A stretch of DNA of 63,111 bases from Candidatus Wolfebacteria bacterium (lineage in GTDB: Bacteria > Patescibacteriota > Minisyncoccia > UBA6257 > UBA9933). The translations under genes were made by a program, and so were the position numbers. The stretch is taken from contig JACRPK010000007.1 in NCBI GenBank assembly GCA_016214005.1, forward strand, positions 1 to 63,111, written 5' to 3'. Positions 42,188-51,608 of this stretch are shown piece by piece. The notes under the pieces were generated by a model, which saw only the letters and a list, made by a program, of their open reading frames with translations, did not search any database and was not told the origin of the DNA. Numbering within the stretch: the first letter of the stretch is position 1; each line of letters opens with the position of its first letter.

Positions 42188-43087
42188 AAGTCCGTTTGTG
42201 TCAAAAAGAAGCACATAGTCGTGTTTTGGGTCAAAAATATTTTGATTTACCCATGCGCGAAATTCATTAGATAAAAAATCGCTGTCAGTCCGGTGCTTTT
42301 GAAAGCAATTTGCGTAGCCGATATTATTTAAATATTCGCGGCAAGCATTGCCTTCTCCAGTGCCCGGCAAATTATTATAATAGTTTGAATCTGGAAGTTT
42401 GCAGCTGCCGATTGACATAATGTAGGTTTGGCAAAATCCGGCAAAATTGGCTATTTCTGTTTTATTCTGGTAAATGGGTGGACAGCTTTGGCTTAAAGAA
42501 GGATTAAATTTATTAAAATTTTCCAGATAGCCGATGCATTTATTGAGCCGAAGATTTTTGTTGATAGCGCTGGAATTGCTGTAAATGTTTAAAAAATTAT
42601 TTGCCCCGATCAAAATATCGGTTTCATTTGCAAGTCCGGATGGATCATAAACATTGATAATTTTTGGAATAATCAAGCTTTGGCGGTTTGTCTGGATTTT
42701 CCATCCGCTTATATTTACAAATTTATCTTTTGTTTGGAAGGACGGATTTAATCTTATATTTGACGGAGTGGATAAGGATGCCGAATAAGAAATAGAAGAA
42801 ATTTTAATTTCTTTAAAATTAGGAGAAAGTTGCTCGCGGATGAATCCCTTGGGAATTTGAACGTCTGTAATGTTGGGAAGATATGACGGCGTTGGAGTTG
42901 CGGATTTGGAGGGCGTTTGGGAAATTGACGGCTTTGAAGTGGTTGCCGGTCTGATGATTTTTTGGGCGGTTGATGTTGCTTTTGGAGCGGATGGAATTTG
43001 AAATCCGGATTTTTTAATAGCGGAATAACCCATAACGCTGGCGGCGCCGATAGAAATCAAAAATAAAATTATTTTTATAATGCCCAT
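42164..43087 (-). CDS. Hypothetical secreted protein: TM anchor, S/T/P-rich linker, lamin-tail-like beta domain, Cys-rich C-terminus
   Basis: FVNISGWKIQTNRQS resembles the LTD motif (v.LsGW.l). There are 8 Cys in the C-terminal half. Confidence 0.5.
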   Translation of the reverse strand: MGIIKIILFLISIGAASVMGYSAIKKSGFQIPSAPKATSTAQKIIRPATTSKPSISQTPSKSATPTPSYLPNITDVQIPKGFIREQLSPNFKEIKISSISYSASLSTPSNIRLNPSFQTKDKFVNISGWKIQTNRQSLIIPKIINVYDPSGLANETDILIGANNFLNIYSNSSAINKNLRLNKCIGYLENFNKFNPSLSQSCPPIYQNKTEIANFAGFCQTYIMSIGSCKLPDSNYYNNLPGTGEGNACREYLNNIGYANCFQKHRTDSDFLSNEFRAWVNQNIFDPKHDYVLLFDTNGLLVDEYFY

Positions 43088-43090
43088 ATT

Positions 43091-45514
43091 TTATATTACA
43101 ATATTGATTAATTTATCCGGCACAAAAATTATTTTTTTTATTTTTTGATCTGGAGAAATAGCAGATTTTATTTTTTCGCTGTTTAAAGCAATTTCTTGCG
43201 CTTTTTGTTGAGAAATTCCGGAATTCACAAACATTTTATCTTTAATTTTTCCGTTAATTTGGATAATCAGTTCAAATTCTTTTTCTTTAATTAGTTCCGG
43301 ATTATATTTTGGCCAGCTTTCCAAATGGATTGATTTTTTATTTTCCAATTTTTGCCATAATTCTTCGCTTAGGTGGGGAGCAAACGGAGCTAATAGTTTT
43401 AAAAATAATGAATAATGAGAAATAGATAATGAATTTTTATGCTTTTCCACTTCATTTAATAATACCATTAAAGCGGAAATGGCGGTATTAAATTGGAAAT
43501 TCTCAATATCTTCGGAAACTTTTTTAATTGTTTGATGGAATAATTTTTCTATGTCGGCATTCTTAACCCATGATTTTTGATTTTTGATTATATTTTTTGA
43601 ATTCCAGATTCTTTCTAAAAATCTTTTAATGCCCAAAATTCCGGTCGGATTCCATGGGCCGCCTTGGTCGTATTGACCCATAAAAGCCAAATACATTCTT
43701 ACACAATCGCTGCCAAATTGTCTGACGAGCTCGTCCGGATCAATGACATTTCCTCGGGATTTGCTCATTTTTTGCCCGTCCGGTCCTAAAATTATGCCCT
43801 GATGTTTTAAAGAGGCGAAAGGTTCTTTAAAGTTGATGAATTTTAAATCATAAAGAACTTTTGTTAAAAATCGCGCGTAAAGAAGATGAAGCACAGAGTG
43901 TTCAGCGCCGCCGATATACATATTTACAGGCAACCAAGCTTTAATTTTTTTTGGATCAGCGAATTTTTTGCTGTTGTTTGGATCAGCATAGCGAAGATAA
44001 TACCAGGAAGAACAGACAAAAGTATCCATGGTGTCGGTTTCTCTTTTTGCCTGCGCCCCGCATTGCGGGCATTTTGTATTTATAAATTTTTTAGAGTGGG
44101 CGAGCGGCGATTTTCCTTCTTCGGTCGGAAGATAATTTTTAACATTTGGCAATTTAACCGGCAAATTTTTTTCTGGAACAGGAATAATTCCGCATTTGTC
44201 GCAATAAATAATTGGAATCGGGGCGCCCCAATATCTTTGGCGGGAAACCAGCCAATCGCGGATTTTATAATTTATGTTTTTTTTGCCGACTTTATTTTTT
44301 TCCAGCCAATTTGCCATTTCTTCGCGGGCTTTTTGAGGAGTCAAGCCGGTAAAATTTTTAGAATCAACTAAATGCCCATTTTCGGTGAAGGCTTTTTCTA
44401 AAATTGGACAAATTGGCGATGGATAATTTTGGCAAATAACTTGTTTTATGGGCAATTTATATTTTTTCGCAAATTCAAAATCTCTTTGGTCGTGAGCCGG
44501 CACTGCCATTACCGCGCCGGTTCCATAATACCCTAAGACATAATCCGCAACATATACCGGAATTTCTTCATTATTAAACGGGTTTATCGCTTTTATGCCT
44601 TTTAATTCCACGCCCGTTTTATTTTTTTGCAATTCCGTCCTTTGCAAATCAGATTTATTTTTCGCTTGGTCAAGATAATTTTTAACTTCTTCATAATTAT
44701 TAATTCCTAATTTATTATTTTTTAATAAAGAATGTTCCGGCGCCATTACTAAATAAGTACATCCAAAAATTGTATCCAGCCGAGTGGTAAAAATATTAAT
44801 TTTAAATTCTGAATCATTAATTTTAAATTCTATTTCCGTTCCTTCGGATTTTCCGATCCAATTTCTTTGCATTGTTTTGGTTTTTTCCGGCCAATCCAAG
44901 TCGTCTAAATCTTTTAATAGTTTGTCAGCATAGTCGGTTATTTTAAAAAGCCATTGTTCAATTTCGCGCTGGATAACTTGGCTGTCGCATCTTTCACATT
45001 GGCCGCTTATTACTTGTTCATTTGCTAAAACTGTATGACATTTCGGGCACCAATTTGCCGGAGCTTTTTTTTTGTAGACCAAGCCTTTTTTATAAAGCTG
45101 TAAAAACATCCACTGAGTCCATTTGTAATATTGCGGATCGGCAGTAATGATTTCTCGCGACCAATCATACATATTGCCCATGCTTTCAAGCTGTTTGGAC
45201 ATTGTTTTTATGTTTTTATAAGTCCAGTCTTTTGGGTGGATATTGCGCTTAATTGCCGCGTTTTCAGCCGGCAATCCGAAAGCGTCAAAGCCAATGGGGG
45301 ATAGAATATTAAAGCCGCTCATTTTTTTAAAGCGGGCGAAAATATCAGATGGAGCGAAATTATACCAATGGCCGATATGGAGATTTCCGGAAGGATAGGG
45401 GAACATCACTAAATGATAAAAATTTTTTTTACCGCTTATTTTATCTTTTGTTTTATAAAATTTTTTTGCCTTCCAGATTTTTTGCCATTTTTTTTCTATT
45501 TTTCCGAAATCCAT
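43091..45514 (-). CDS. leuS: Leucine--tRNA ligase
   Basis: HIGH region (PYPSGNLHIGHW), KMSKS (QKMSKSRGN), and a CP1 editing domain; 807 aa. Confidence 0.97.
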   Translation of the reverse strand: MDFGKIEKKWQKIWKAKKFYKTKDKISGKKNFYHLVMFPYPSGNLHIGHWYNFAPSDIFARFKKMSGFNILSPIGFDAFGLPAENAAIKRNIHPKDWTYKNIKTMSKQLESMGNMYDWSREIITADPQYYKWTQWMFLQLYKKGLVYKKKAPANWCPKCHTVLANEQVISGQCERCDSQVIQREIEQWLFKITDYADKLLKDLDDLDWPEKTKTMQRNWIGKSEGTEIEFKINDSEFKINIFTTRLDTIFGCTYLVMAPEHSLLKNNKLGINNYEEVKNYLDQAKNKSDLQRTELQKNKTGVELKGIKAINPFNNEEIPVYVADYVLGYYGTGAVMAVPAHDQRDFEFAKKYKLPIKQVICQNYPSPICPILEKAFTENGHLVDSKNFTGLTPQKAREEMANWLEKNKVGKKNINYKIRDWLVSRQRYWGAPIPIIYCDKCGIIPVPEKNLPVKLPNVKNYLPTEEGKSPLAHSKKFINTKCPQCGAQAKRETDTMDTFVCSSWYYLRYADPNNSKKFADPKKIKAWLPVNMYIGGAEHSVLHLLYARFLTKVLYDLKFINFKEPFASLKHQGIILGPDGQKMSKSRGNVIDPDELVRQFGSDCVRMYLAFMGQYDQGGPWNPTGILGIKRFLERIWNSKNIIKNQKSWVKNADIEKLFHQTIKKVSEDIENFQFNTAISALMVLLNEVEKHKNSLSISHYSLFLKLLAPFAPHLSEELWQKLENKKSIHLESWPKYNPELIKEKEFELIIQINGKIKDKMFVNSGISQQKAQEIALNSEKIKSAISPDQKIKKIIFVPDKLINIVI

Positions 45515-45517
45515 ACG

Positions 45518-47020
45518 TTATTTTTTTATTTTAAAACTTATTGTAAAATTCACTCCGCCTTCAGACGGAGAGATTTTTGTTATTGGCAGATCTACATTTT
45601 CAAAACCGCCGTCGGTAATTAATTTATCTCTGAAATTCAAAGCCGCTTCGCTGTCATTGGCAAAGGCGTTAATAAAAATCGGCGCGGTCCATGATTGGAC
45701 AAAAATTCTTCTGAAGGAAATTTTATTATCAGAGCTTAAAGTTTTTATTTTTTCCAAAAGCGAAGAAATAATAGTGCGTTTTTCCAGAGCCTTGTTTGCT
45801 AATTCAATTTGTTTATTGATTGAGGAAATTTCTTTGATAAGATTTTTTTCTTCTTGTTCTTCTGCCGAATTTTTGGCCATATTTGTAAATTGATATTCTA
45901 AATTATCAAATGTTTTTTTCAAAAAGACATCAGCTCCGATAAAAATAATTAATACGAGAGCAAGCGAAATTAAGGCAGCATCTCGCCATATTTCAACAAA
46001 TTTTATTGATTTGTATTGGAATAATTTTTCTTCAGTGCCTATTTTCCCCAGACTAATTTCAAAATCTTTTGACCATGGAGTTTCCGCTCTTGTGGCTGAA
46101 CCGATTGCCGGAAACCAGCTGGCCGGGATTCCTTGAATTTTTTTTAATGTCAATGGCCTTACTTTAAAAGAAAAATTTTCAGAAATAATTTTTGAGATAT
46201 TTTCTTCAAGGCCATAGGCCGCTAAAACTATTTCATTTATCGGTTCTTGCGAGCGCGTTGTGTAAAAACTTAAAACCTTTTTTAATTCATCAATAATCAG
46301 TTTTTTGAATGTTTCAACCGGAATTTGGCTGGTTTCAGCGCTTGCCAATTGCCAGGAAACGAAATGATTAAAATATAAATTGCCATTTCTGATCAAATTA
46401 AAGCTTAATCCGTTATTTCCGAAATAAATTAAAATAAACGGCTTTTGGGCATCAATTTCAGCGCCTAAATTAATAGCTAATCTTGAAAGAGACAAAGAAT
46501 TAAATTCAATCGCTGTCGGAATAAATCCGGCTTGTTTTAAAGAATTATCAATATCGTCAATTATTTGAGACTGAACAAAGGCTCCAAGAATTTCTAATTG
46601 GTTTGCTCTTTCAATTGTTTGAGATTTGTTAATTAACTGCCAATCGGCGTAAGTTTTTTCAAAATCAATCGGCGAAACCATTCTTAAATTTAATTTTGCA
46701 GCTTCATCAAGTTCGGCTTCGGCAATTGCCGGCAAATTTAAAGTTTGCAGATATATATTGTTGTCCGGTATGTTGATAATCGCGTAAATTTCTTTTTTCT
46801 TGTCATCGGTAATCTGTGAGCGAAGATTATTCAATGCTTCTAAAAATCCTTTTTGGTCGTTTATCTTCCCTTCTTTAACGACGCCTTCAGCCAATTTTAC
46901 CGAATGGGTCTGGAGATGATTATTTTTAATTTGGGCGAATTTTAAATCAACGTCGCTTATTTCTAAGGCTCCGACATTGGGCTGGGGATTTAAAATGTTT
47001 AAAATTGATTGGATATTCAT
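45518..47020 (-). CDS. PilM-like actin-fold pilus assembly protein fused to a TM plus PilN/PilO-like C-terminal region
   Basis: The N-terminal ~330 aa resemble PilM (ALEISDVDLKFAQI...). They are followed by the TM helix AALISLALVLIIFIGADVFL and a coiled C-terminus. The assignment is tentative. Confidence 0.5.
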   Translation of the reverse strand: MNIQSILNILNPQPNVGALEISDVDLKFAQIKNNHLQTHSVKLAEGVVKEGKINDQKGFLEALNNLRSQITDDKKKEIYAIINIPDNNIYLQTLNLPAIAEAELDEAAKLNLRMVSPIDFEKTYADWQLINKSQTIERANQLEILGAFVQSQIIDDIDNSLKQAGFIPTAIEFNSLSLSRLAINLGAEIDAQKPFILIYFGNNGLSFNLIRNGNLYFNHFVSWQLASAETSQIPVETFKKLIIDELKKVLSFYTTRSQEPINEIVLAAYGLEENISKIISENFSFKVRPLTLKKIQGIPASWFPAIGSATRAETPWSKDFEISLGKIGTEEKLFQYKSIKFVEIWRDAALISLALVLIIFIGADVFLKKTFDNLEYQFTNMAKNSAEEQEEKNLIKEISSINKQIELANKALEKRTIISSLLEKIKTLSSDNKISFRRIFVQSWTAPIFINAFANDSEAALNFRDKLITDGGFENVDLPITKISPSEGGVNFTISFKIKK

Positions 47021-47024
47021 TTTT

Positions 47025-48773
47025 TTATTGTATCACTATTCCGTTTTTTAAATCAAAGCTTGGATCGCTCAAATTTCTAGTGCTTATCATCGGCGCAAAT
47101 GAGTTTATTTCTTTATTAATAAATTCATCAAGCGCGGTTATTGATGTTTCTCCGACAAGCGGCATATTATTATTCACCATAATAATATTGGGGACAGCTT
47201 CTATTTGGAACGCTATTTCCAAAGGAGGCTGGGAAATTACTCCTTTGGTTGCCGGTATTTTGTCTATTGTCCACGATACTTCATTAGTTTTTTCATTATA
47301 AGAGGGAGTTGAGGATGCGTTGCTTTTTATAAGACCGGTGAATTTTATTCCCGGCGAAAGAATTGTTTTGACAACCGCGTTTTTAACGTCAGTTGAATAA
47401 TTTTTAATTTTCCAATGAACGGTAAAATTTATCGGCGAATTGGCTTTGGGGGGCAGAGAACCGCTGTTGATAATTTCAAATGTCGGTTCTTTGAAATAGG
47501 CGGTTGATTCAATCGCGATTTGCCCGCCGATTTTTGTTTCTAATTTCGCGGAATTTATAGTTTTTTCGGCTGCCACATTGTAAGGAACGGTTGGTGAAGA
47601 AATTTCTGCGTCAATTGAAACGATAAAATTTTTATCGGAAATTTTTCGTAAAAAATAATTCTGTTTTAATTTTATCGCAAATTCAATGGTTCCTCCGTTT
47701 TTTGGATCAATAGATTTTAATTTTGGCGAATTAGAGGCGTTCCAAATGATAGTATTCGCTCTTGAGTCATAGTTGCCGTCGGTTTTTAAACTCAGAAAAT
47801 CGAACATTTCTCCGCTAAGTTTTGTTTTAACAACAGCATCATTTAGGGCGGTATCGCTATTGTTAAAATAGGAAAGCCGGTATATTAAGGTATTGCCAAG
47901 AAAAGCGTAATCCGGATTATTTGATTCTATTTTAAAAGAAAGCGGCGAAGAAGCGATTTCAAGCTTGGCTGTTTTTTCATTGATTGGCTGCCATTTATCA
48001 TTATAAAAAGCTTCGGCAATTATTTTAATTTCTGAAAAAGATTGTTCTTGGCCAACAATAAATCCGGTGATGGAAATTTTCCCTTCTTTATTTTTTGGCA
48101 AATTAATTTCTAAAAAATCGTTTGAAAGGTTGGGGTCTGATTTTTTAATCGTGAAATTTTTCTGGTAAATAAAATTCAGTTTTATTTTGGGGAAATCATA
48201 TTCGGAAATATTTGAATAGTTTATTGATGTCTCAAATCCTTCGCCGCTCATAATTTTTTCAGGAGTTGTTAAGTCAAGTTTTATAGCAGGCTCTTTGATA
48301 ATAATTTCAATGTTTTGTTTTTTTTCAAATTTTCCGCCGTTTGGAGAGGAATAATTTAGCGAAACGCTTAAAATTTTTATCGTTTCATTGTTCCCAAAAA
48401 TCATCAATGGAATTTCTCCGTTAATGCCCGCGCCCGGTTCAAGATTATTAAGCTGTTTTGTATAAACGCGTTTGTCATTTGTTCCGTCAATAGCGATGAC
48501 GTTTTCCGGAAGGAAAATTGAAATATAGGGAGCTTGCAAGAAATTTTTTGAATTATTGGAAAGATTGAATTTTAAATTAAAAGGAACGCCGGTTAAAATA
48601 TTTTTCGGAGCCGAAGCGGAGAAACTTATTTCCTGATTGGCGGAAAGATAGGTATAAAGATAAAAGCCGGCGATTGAAATCCCCGCGATGGATAAAAATA
48701 TTATTCCCATAATCGCCCATTTGGCGATTTTTAAAATTGATTCTTTTTGTTCTAAATTTTGCCCCTGGTCCAT
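47025..48773 (-). CDS. Hypothetical large membrane-anchored protein with repeated beta-sandwich-like (DUF11/CARDB-like) segments
   Basis: 582 aa with an N-terminal TM helix. N/S/T-rich, with a beta-strand pattern. Sits upstream of the pilM-like gene in the same strand block. Confidence 0.5.
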   Translation of the reverse strand: MDQGQNLEQKESILKIAKWAIMGIIFLSIAGISIAGFYLYTYLSANQEISFSASAPKNILTGVPFNLKFNLSNNSKNFLQAPYISIFLPENVIAIDGTNDKRVYTKQLNNLEPGAGINGEIPLMIFGNNETIKILSVSLNYSSPNGGKFEKKQNIEIIIKEPAIKLDLTTPEKIMSGEGFETSINYSNISEYDFPKIKLNFIYQKNFTIKKSDPNLSNDFLEINLPKNKEGKISITGFIVGQEQSFSEIKIIAEAFYNDKWQPINEKTAKLEIASSPLSFKIESNNPDYAFLGNTLIYRLSYFNNSDTALNDAVVKTKLSGEMFDFLSLKTDGNYDSRANTIIWNASNSPKLKSIDPKNGGTIEFAIKLKQNYFLRKISDKNFIVSIDAEISSPTVPYNVAAEKTINSAKLETKIGGQIAIESTAYFKEPTFEIINSGSLPPKANSPINFTVHWKIKNYSTDVKNAVVKTILSPGIKFTGLIKSNASSTPSYNEKTNEVSWTIDKIPATKGVISQPPLEIAFQIEAVPNIIMVNNNMPLVGETSITALDEFINKEINSFAPMISTRNLSDPSFDLKNGIVIQ

Positions 48774-49345
48774 TAAATTGATACTACTTCATTTTGACTT
48801 ATTTTCAAATTGCCTTGACCGCAATTTTGACACAGAAAAGAGTGTTCGGTTTTTATAAAAAATTTCGCTTCATTTTTGTGGCAAAAAGCGCAAGTCGCGA
48901 ATTCCGGTCCAAATCCCAGAATTTTCAGGAGGCCGCGGTAAATTATTTTTTCTTCAAGATTTGAAGCGAATATTTTTTTTATCGCTTCCCAAAGGCGAGA
49001 ATCTTGTTGGAGTTCGTAAGTCATTTCATTGATAAATTCCGCGACATTAAGATTCTTTTTAAGATGATGCATATCGGTTGTGGGAATTTTATTTTCATAA
49101 TTTGTAAGCGCGTCAATAATTTGAAATCCCTGCCTGCCGGCAAGCAGGGAATTTTTTTCTATTAAGCGGACATTCGCGAAATTAAGCGGCTGCAAATGTC
49201 CGACAAGTTTGGAAGTGATTTTTTTGGAGCTTTTTGTTTTGGCAATGACTTTTCCGAAATCAGCGGTATAGAGCGTTATTAAAGAATCAAGCTCGCCCAG
49301 ATCTTTATTGTTAAGAACAAAAGCTTCGGTAAAATGTTCGCGCAT
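48773..49345 (-). CDS. recO: DNA repair protein RecO (short form)
   Basis: N-terminal OB-fold (EAFVLNNKDLGELDSLITLYTADFGKV) and a C-terminal zinc finger CAFCHK...CQNC. Confidence 0.8.
   Translation of the reverse strand: MREHFTEAFVLNNKDLGELDSLITLYTADFGKVIAKTKSSKKITSKLVGHLQPLNFANVRLIEKNSLLAGRQGFQIIDALTNYENKIPTTDMHHLKKNLNVAEFINEMTYELQQDSRLWEAIKKIFASNLEEKIIYRGLLKILGFGPEFATCAFCHKNEAKFFIKTEHSFLCQNCGQGNLKISQNEVVSI
49127..49150. repeat. GC-rich palindrome family copy (TCCCTGCCTGCCGGCAAGCAGGGA) inside recO
   Basis: Near-palindrome sharing CCTGCCTGCCGGCA with the infB copy. Encodes LLAGRQG in frame. Confidence 0.85.
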
Positions 49346-49388
49346 ATTTGAATATTATATTATTTTCTTTATTATTTAGGCAATAAAG

Positions 49389-49470
49389 GCTCTCGTGGCG
49401 GAATTGGCATACGCGCGGCGCTTAGAACGCCGTCCCGCAAGGGTTAGAGGTTCAAATCCTCTCGAGAGCA
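49389..49470 (+). tRNA. tRNA-Leu (anticodon UAG), class II
   Basis: Acceptor GCTCTCG/CGAGAGC, anticodon stem-loop CGGCG-CTTAGAA-CGCCG, a long variable arm, T arm AGAGG-TTCAAAT-CCTCT. Confidence 0.85.
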
Positions 49471-49521
49471 CAAGCGAACGAAGTGAGCGCAGTGAGCGAG
49501 TAGCTCCGCGAAGCGGAGCGT

Positions 49522-49611
49522 GAGGATTTGAAGGGTTCTATGAATTTTTCACTTTTGTAAAAAAATGAAAAATGAATTTAGAACCCAGGGACTAAATCCT
49601 CTCGAGAGCAC
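49522..49611 (+). repeat. tRNA-associated hairpin element, copy B: an inverted T-arm copy, the conserved core and a direct 18-nt duplicate of the tRNA-Leu T-loop/3' end (this copy ends ACCA)
   Basis: 49522-49532 (GAGGATTTGAA) is the reverse complement of TTCAAATCCTC. The core at 49530-49592 matches 10083-10144. 49594-49611 equals 49454-49471. Confidence 0.85.
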
Positions 49612-49778
49612 CAGCGCAGGGGATTGACTTTTCTGAAAAAGTATGCTATCAATAATTTAGTTCGTTCACAAAAACTTTCAGCGCAATTCCGCGCAATAAA
49701 AAGGAGGTAAATAAGGAAGATTTTGTTGAAATGGTTGTGTTAATAACTTTTAATTTTCTTTTTTCATCGGAGGATACA

Positions 49779-50897
49779 ATGAGCACTGCTATTGCTGAGG
49801 CCCTTGATAAGGCCAAGAAAAAGAAAGAAAACGAAGAGCAGAGGGTGGCTGTCGATGGTTTGGGTTTAAGCGGCGCCCAAAATTTGTTGAACGCCATTAG
49901 TGGCGCAAAACAGATAAAGCTCACGCCGGAAGAACTTTCCGCGAAAGCGGAAACCGACAAGGTCTTGCGCGAGGCGGCTCAACAGATGGCGGTCCAGATG
50001 GACGCCATGGAGGATTCGCTTAACAAGATAATGGCCGAAGCTGAAAAGTTTGGGTTGGATCTTGGTGAGCCGGGTTCCCAGCTTGGCAAAAAAGCCGAAG
50101 AAATCCAGATGGGGATCGATGACCTGCTCAAGAAAGCGCAAAGAGCTCTTTCCAAAGAGGATTTTGAGGCTTTTAAGAGTCGGGTGGAATTTTCACGCTT
50201 TTTAAACAGCGTGAAAAAGACGCCGCTGGAATCCGGGGCGATCATAGCCCAATTAGGGATCATAGCTAAGATTGGCCGTGGCAAACCGGTAAGGGTCGAA
50301 GACGCCCGCGACAATAGCGGGAAATTCCCGGAAGGCGCCCTGGTTTTTAAGGAAATCGCTCTTCTTCCGATTTCCTCTGGGATGCCCGGCGCAAACGGGC
50401 AGAGCAAAGCGGATTATGTTTTGTTCAATGCCATGCGCAACATCATCAAGGCTTTTTTCGAGGCCGAGCGCAAAGAAGAGGGAAGGTTAATGACAAAGAT
50501 GAGCGACCCGCAGATCGCTAACGGCAACCTGTCGTTTTTCCTTAAACGCGTTCCCGGGAAATACCTGGTGATGTTTGAAGGGAAACACGATGCTGGCACT
50601 GCCATTGTGGAGCTTGGGTTTCGCAATGGTAAGAAGGAGAACGAGCCCCAGATTGTCGTCTACATAGTGGACGGTGCTGGAGCGTTTAAGGCGCTTCGGC
50701 AGATGGAAGGGGTCTACATCCCTTTCTATTCTCTTTGGATCAAGAGTCGCGAAGAACGCGAACAGCGTATTGACGCGGCGATTCCCAAGAGCTTCGGTGA
50801 GGAAGAACTCGCCGTTGTTCAAAAGCTGGCCTATACCATCAGGATACAGACTGCTTCCTTGCGGGAACAATTCCGCAAGGAAAAGGAAGAAGCTTAA
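49779..50897 (+). CDS. Hypothetical protein (372 aa) of markedly higher G+C than its surroundings
   Basis: GGAGGATACA-ATG start context, with an alternative upstream ATG at 49731. A/E/K/G-rich helical N-terminal third. No family recognised. Confidence 0.65.
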   Translation: MSTAIAEALDKAKKKKENEEQRVAVDGLGLSGAQNLLNAISGAKQIKLTPEELSAKAETDKVLREAAQQMAVQMDAMEDSLNKIMAEAEKFGLDLGEPGSQLGKKAEEIQMGIDDLLKKAQRALSKEDFEAFKSRVEFSRFLNSVKKTPLESGAIIAQLGIIAKIGRGKPVRVEDARDNSGKFPEGALVFKEIALLPISSGMPGANGQSKADYVLFNAMRNIIKAFFEAERKEEGRLMTKMSDPQIANGNLSFFLKRVPGKYLVMFEGKHDAGTAIVELGFRNGKKENEPQIVVYIVDGAGAFKALRQMEGVYIPFYSLWIKSREEREQRIDAAIPKSFGEEELAVVQKLAYTIRIQTASLREQFRKEKEEA

Positions 50898-50921
50898 AAG
50901 GCTTCTTCCTAAACGAAAGAA

Positions 50922-50960
50922 AGGCTGGATCGCTTATAAAGCGCTCCAGCCTAATTTTTT
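50922..50960 (+). terminator. Rho-independent terminator after the G+C-rich orphan gene
   Basis: AGGCTGGATCGCT / AGCGCTCCAGCCT stem (one mismatch), followed by AATTTTTT. Confidence 0.7.
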
Positions 50961-50987
50961 AAGTTTTTCAAGAAAGGAGAGCAAGGG

Positions 50988-51536
50988 TTGAAAAGATTGA
51001 AAGATTTTCTTAAAAAGCTTTTGAAAAAACTTGTAAAAGAAGTTATTGAAGAGTCATCAGCCTTAACAGCTGAAAAAAGAATAGTTGTTTTTATTGATTT
51101 TGAAAACATAATAAAGAATCTTGAGTTCAATATTTCCATTGATTTTAAAAAGCTGAGAAGCATGCTTTTGGAAATCGGGAATATTGATTTTGTTAACGTT
51201 TATATTCCTTCGCATTTGATCGGATATGATGAAATGTTGAGGGAATTTGATGATTTCGGATGCAGATTTATTTATTGTCCGAAATCAGCTGTAAAAACAG
51301 ACACTATTAAGCTGGAAGATACGGTTGATATTCATATGATTAAAGACGCTCAATATTTCGCGCAATTCAAAGAAATTACAGGCCTTGTTATAATGAGCGC
51401 TGATAAGCATATGGTTCATTGTGTCAATGCTTTTAAAAACGACGGTAAGATTGTCCACGTTTGGACAAGCGGCAATATTTCGCCGTCGTTAAAAGCGACG
51501 AGCGATATTTTCGGAAAAGTTCCGATTAAAAAATAG
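50988..51536 (+). CDS. NYN/LabA-like (DUF88) domain protein, putative PIN-like ribonuclease
   Basis: VVFIDFENI..., ...DTVDIHMIKDA..., ...VIMSADKHM... fit the acidic-residue pattern of NYN domains. TTG start 9 nt after AGGAG. Confidence 0.65.
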   Translation: MKRLKDFLKKLLKKLVKEVIEESSALTAEKRIVVFIDFENIIKNLEFNISIDFKKLRSMLLEIGNIDFVNVYIPSHLIGYDEMLREFDDFGCRFIYCPKSAVKTDTIKLEDTVDIHMIKDAQYFAQFKEITGLVIMSADKHMVHCVNAFKNDGKIVHVWTSGNISPSLKATSDIFGKVPIKK

Positions 51537-51544
51537 TTTATAAG

Positions 51545-51586
51545 CGGGGTTTGGTTTTTATAGCCAACCCCGTTTTTCTTTTTTAA
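51545..51586 (+). terminator. Rho-independent terminator after the NYN gene
   Basis: CGGGGTTTGG...CCAACCCCG stem with one bulge, followed by TTTTTCTTTTTT. Confidence 0.65.
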
Positions 51587-51608
51587 AATTTTGTTATATT
51601 CTAAAACG

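Noticed and set aside
49979-50870. Long minus-strand ORFs (142, 127 and 70 aa) opposite the G+C-rich orphan gene
   Set aside because: They are the typical stop-codon-poor antisense frames of a G+C-rich coding region. The plus-strand ORF has an SD and a terminator and is much longer.
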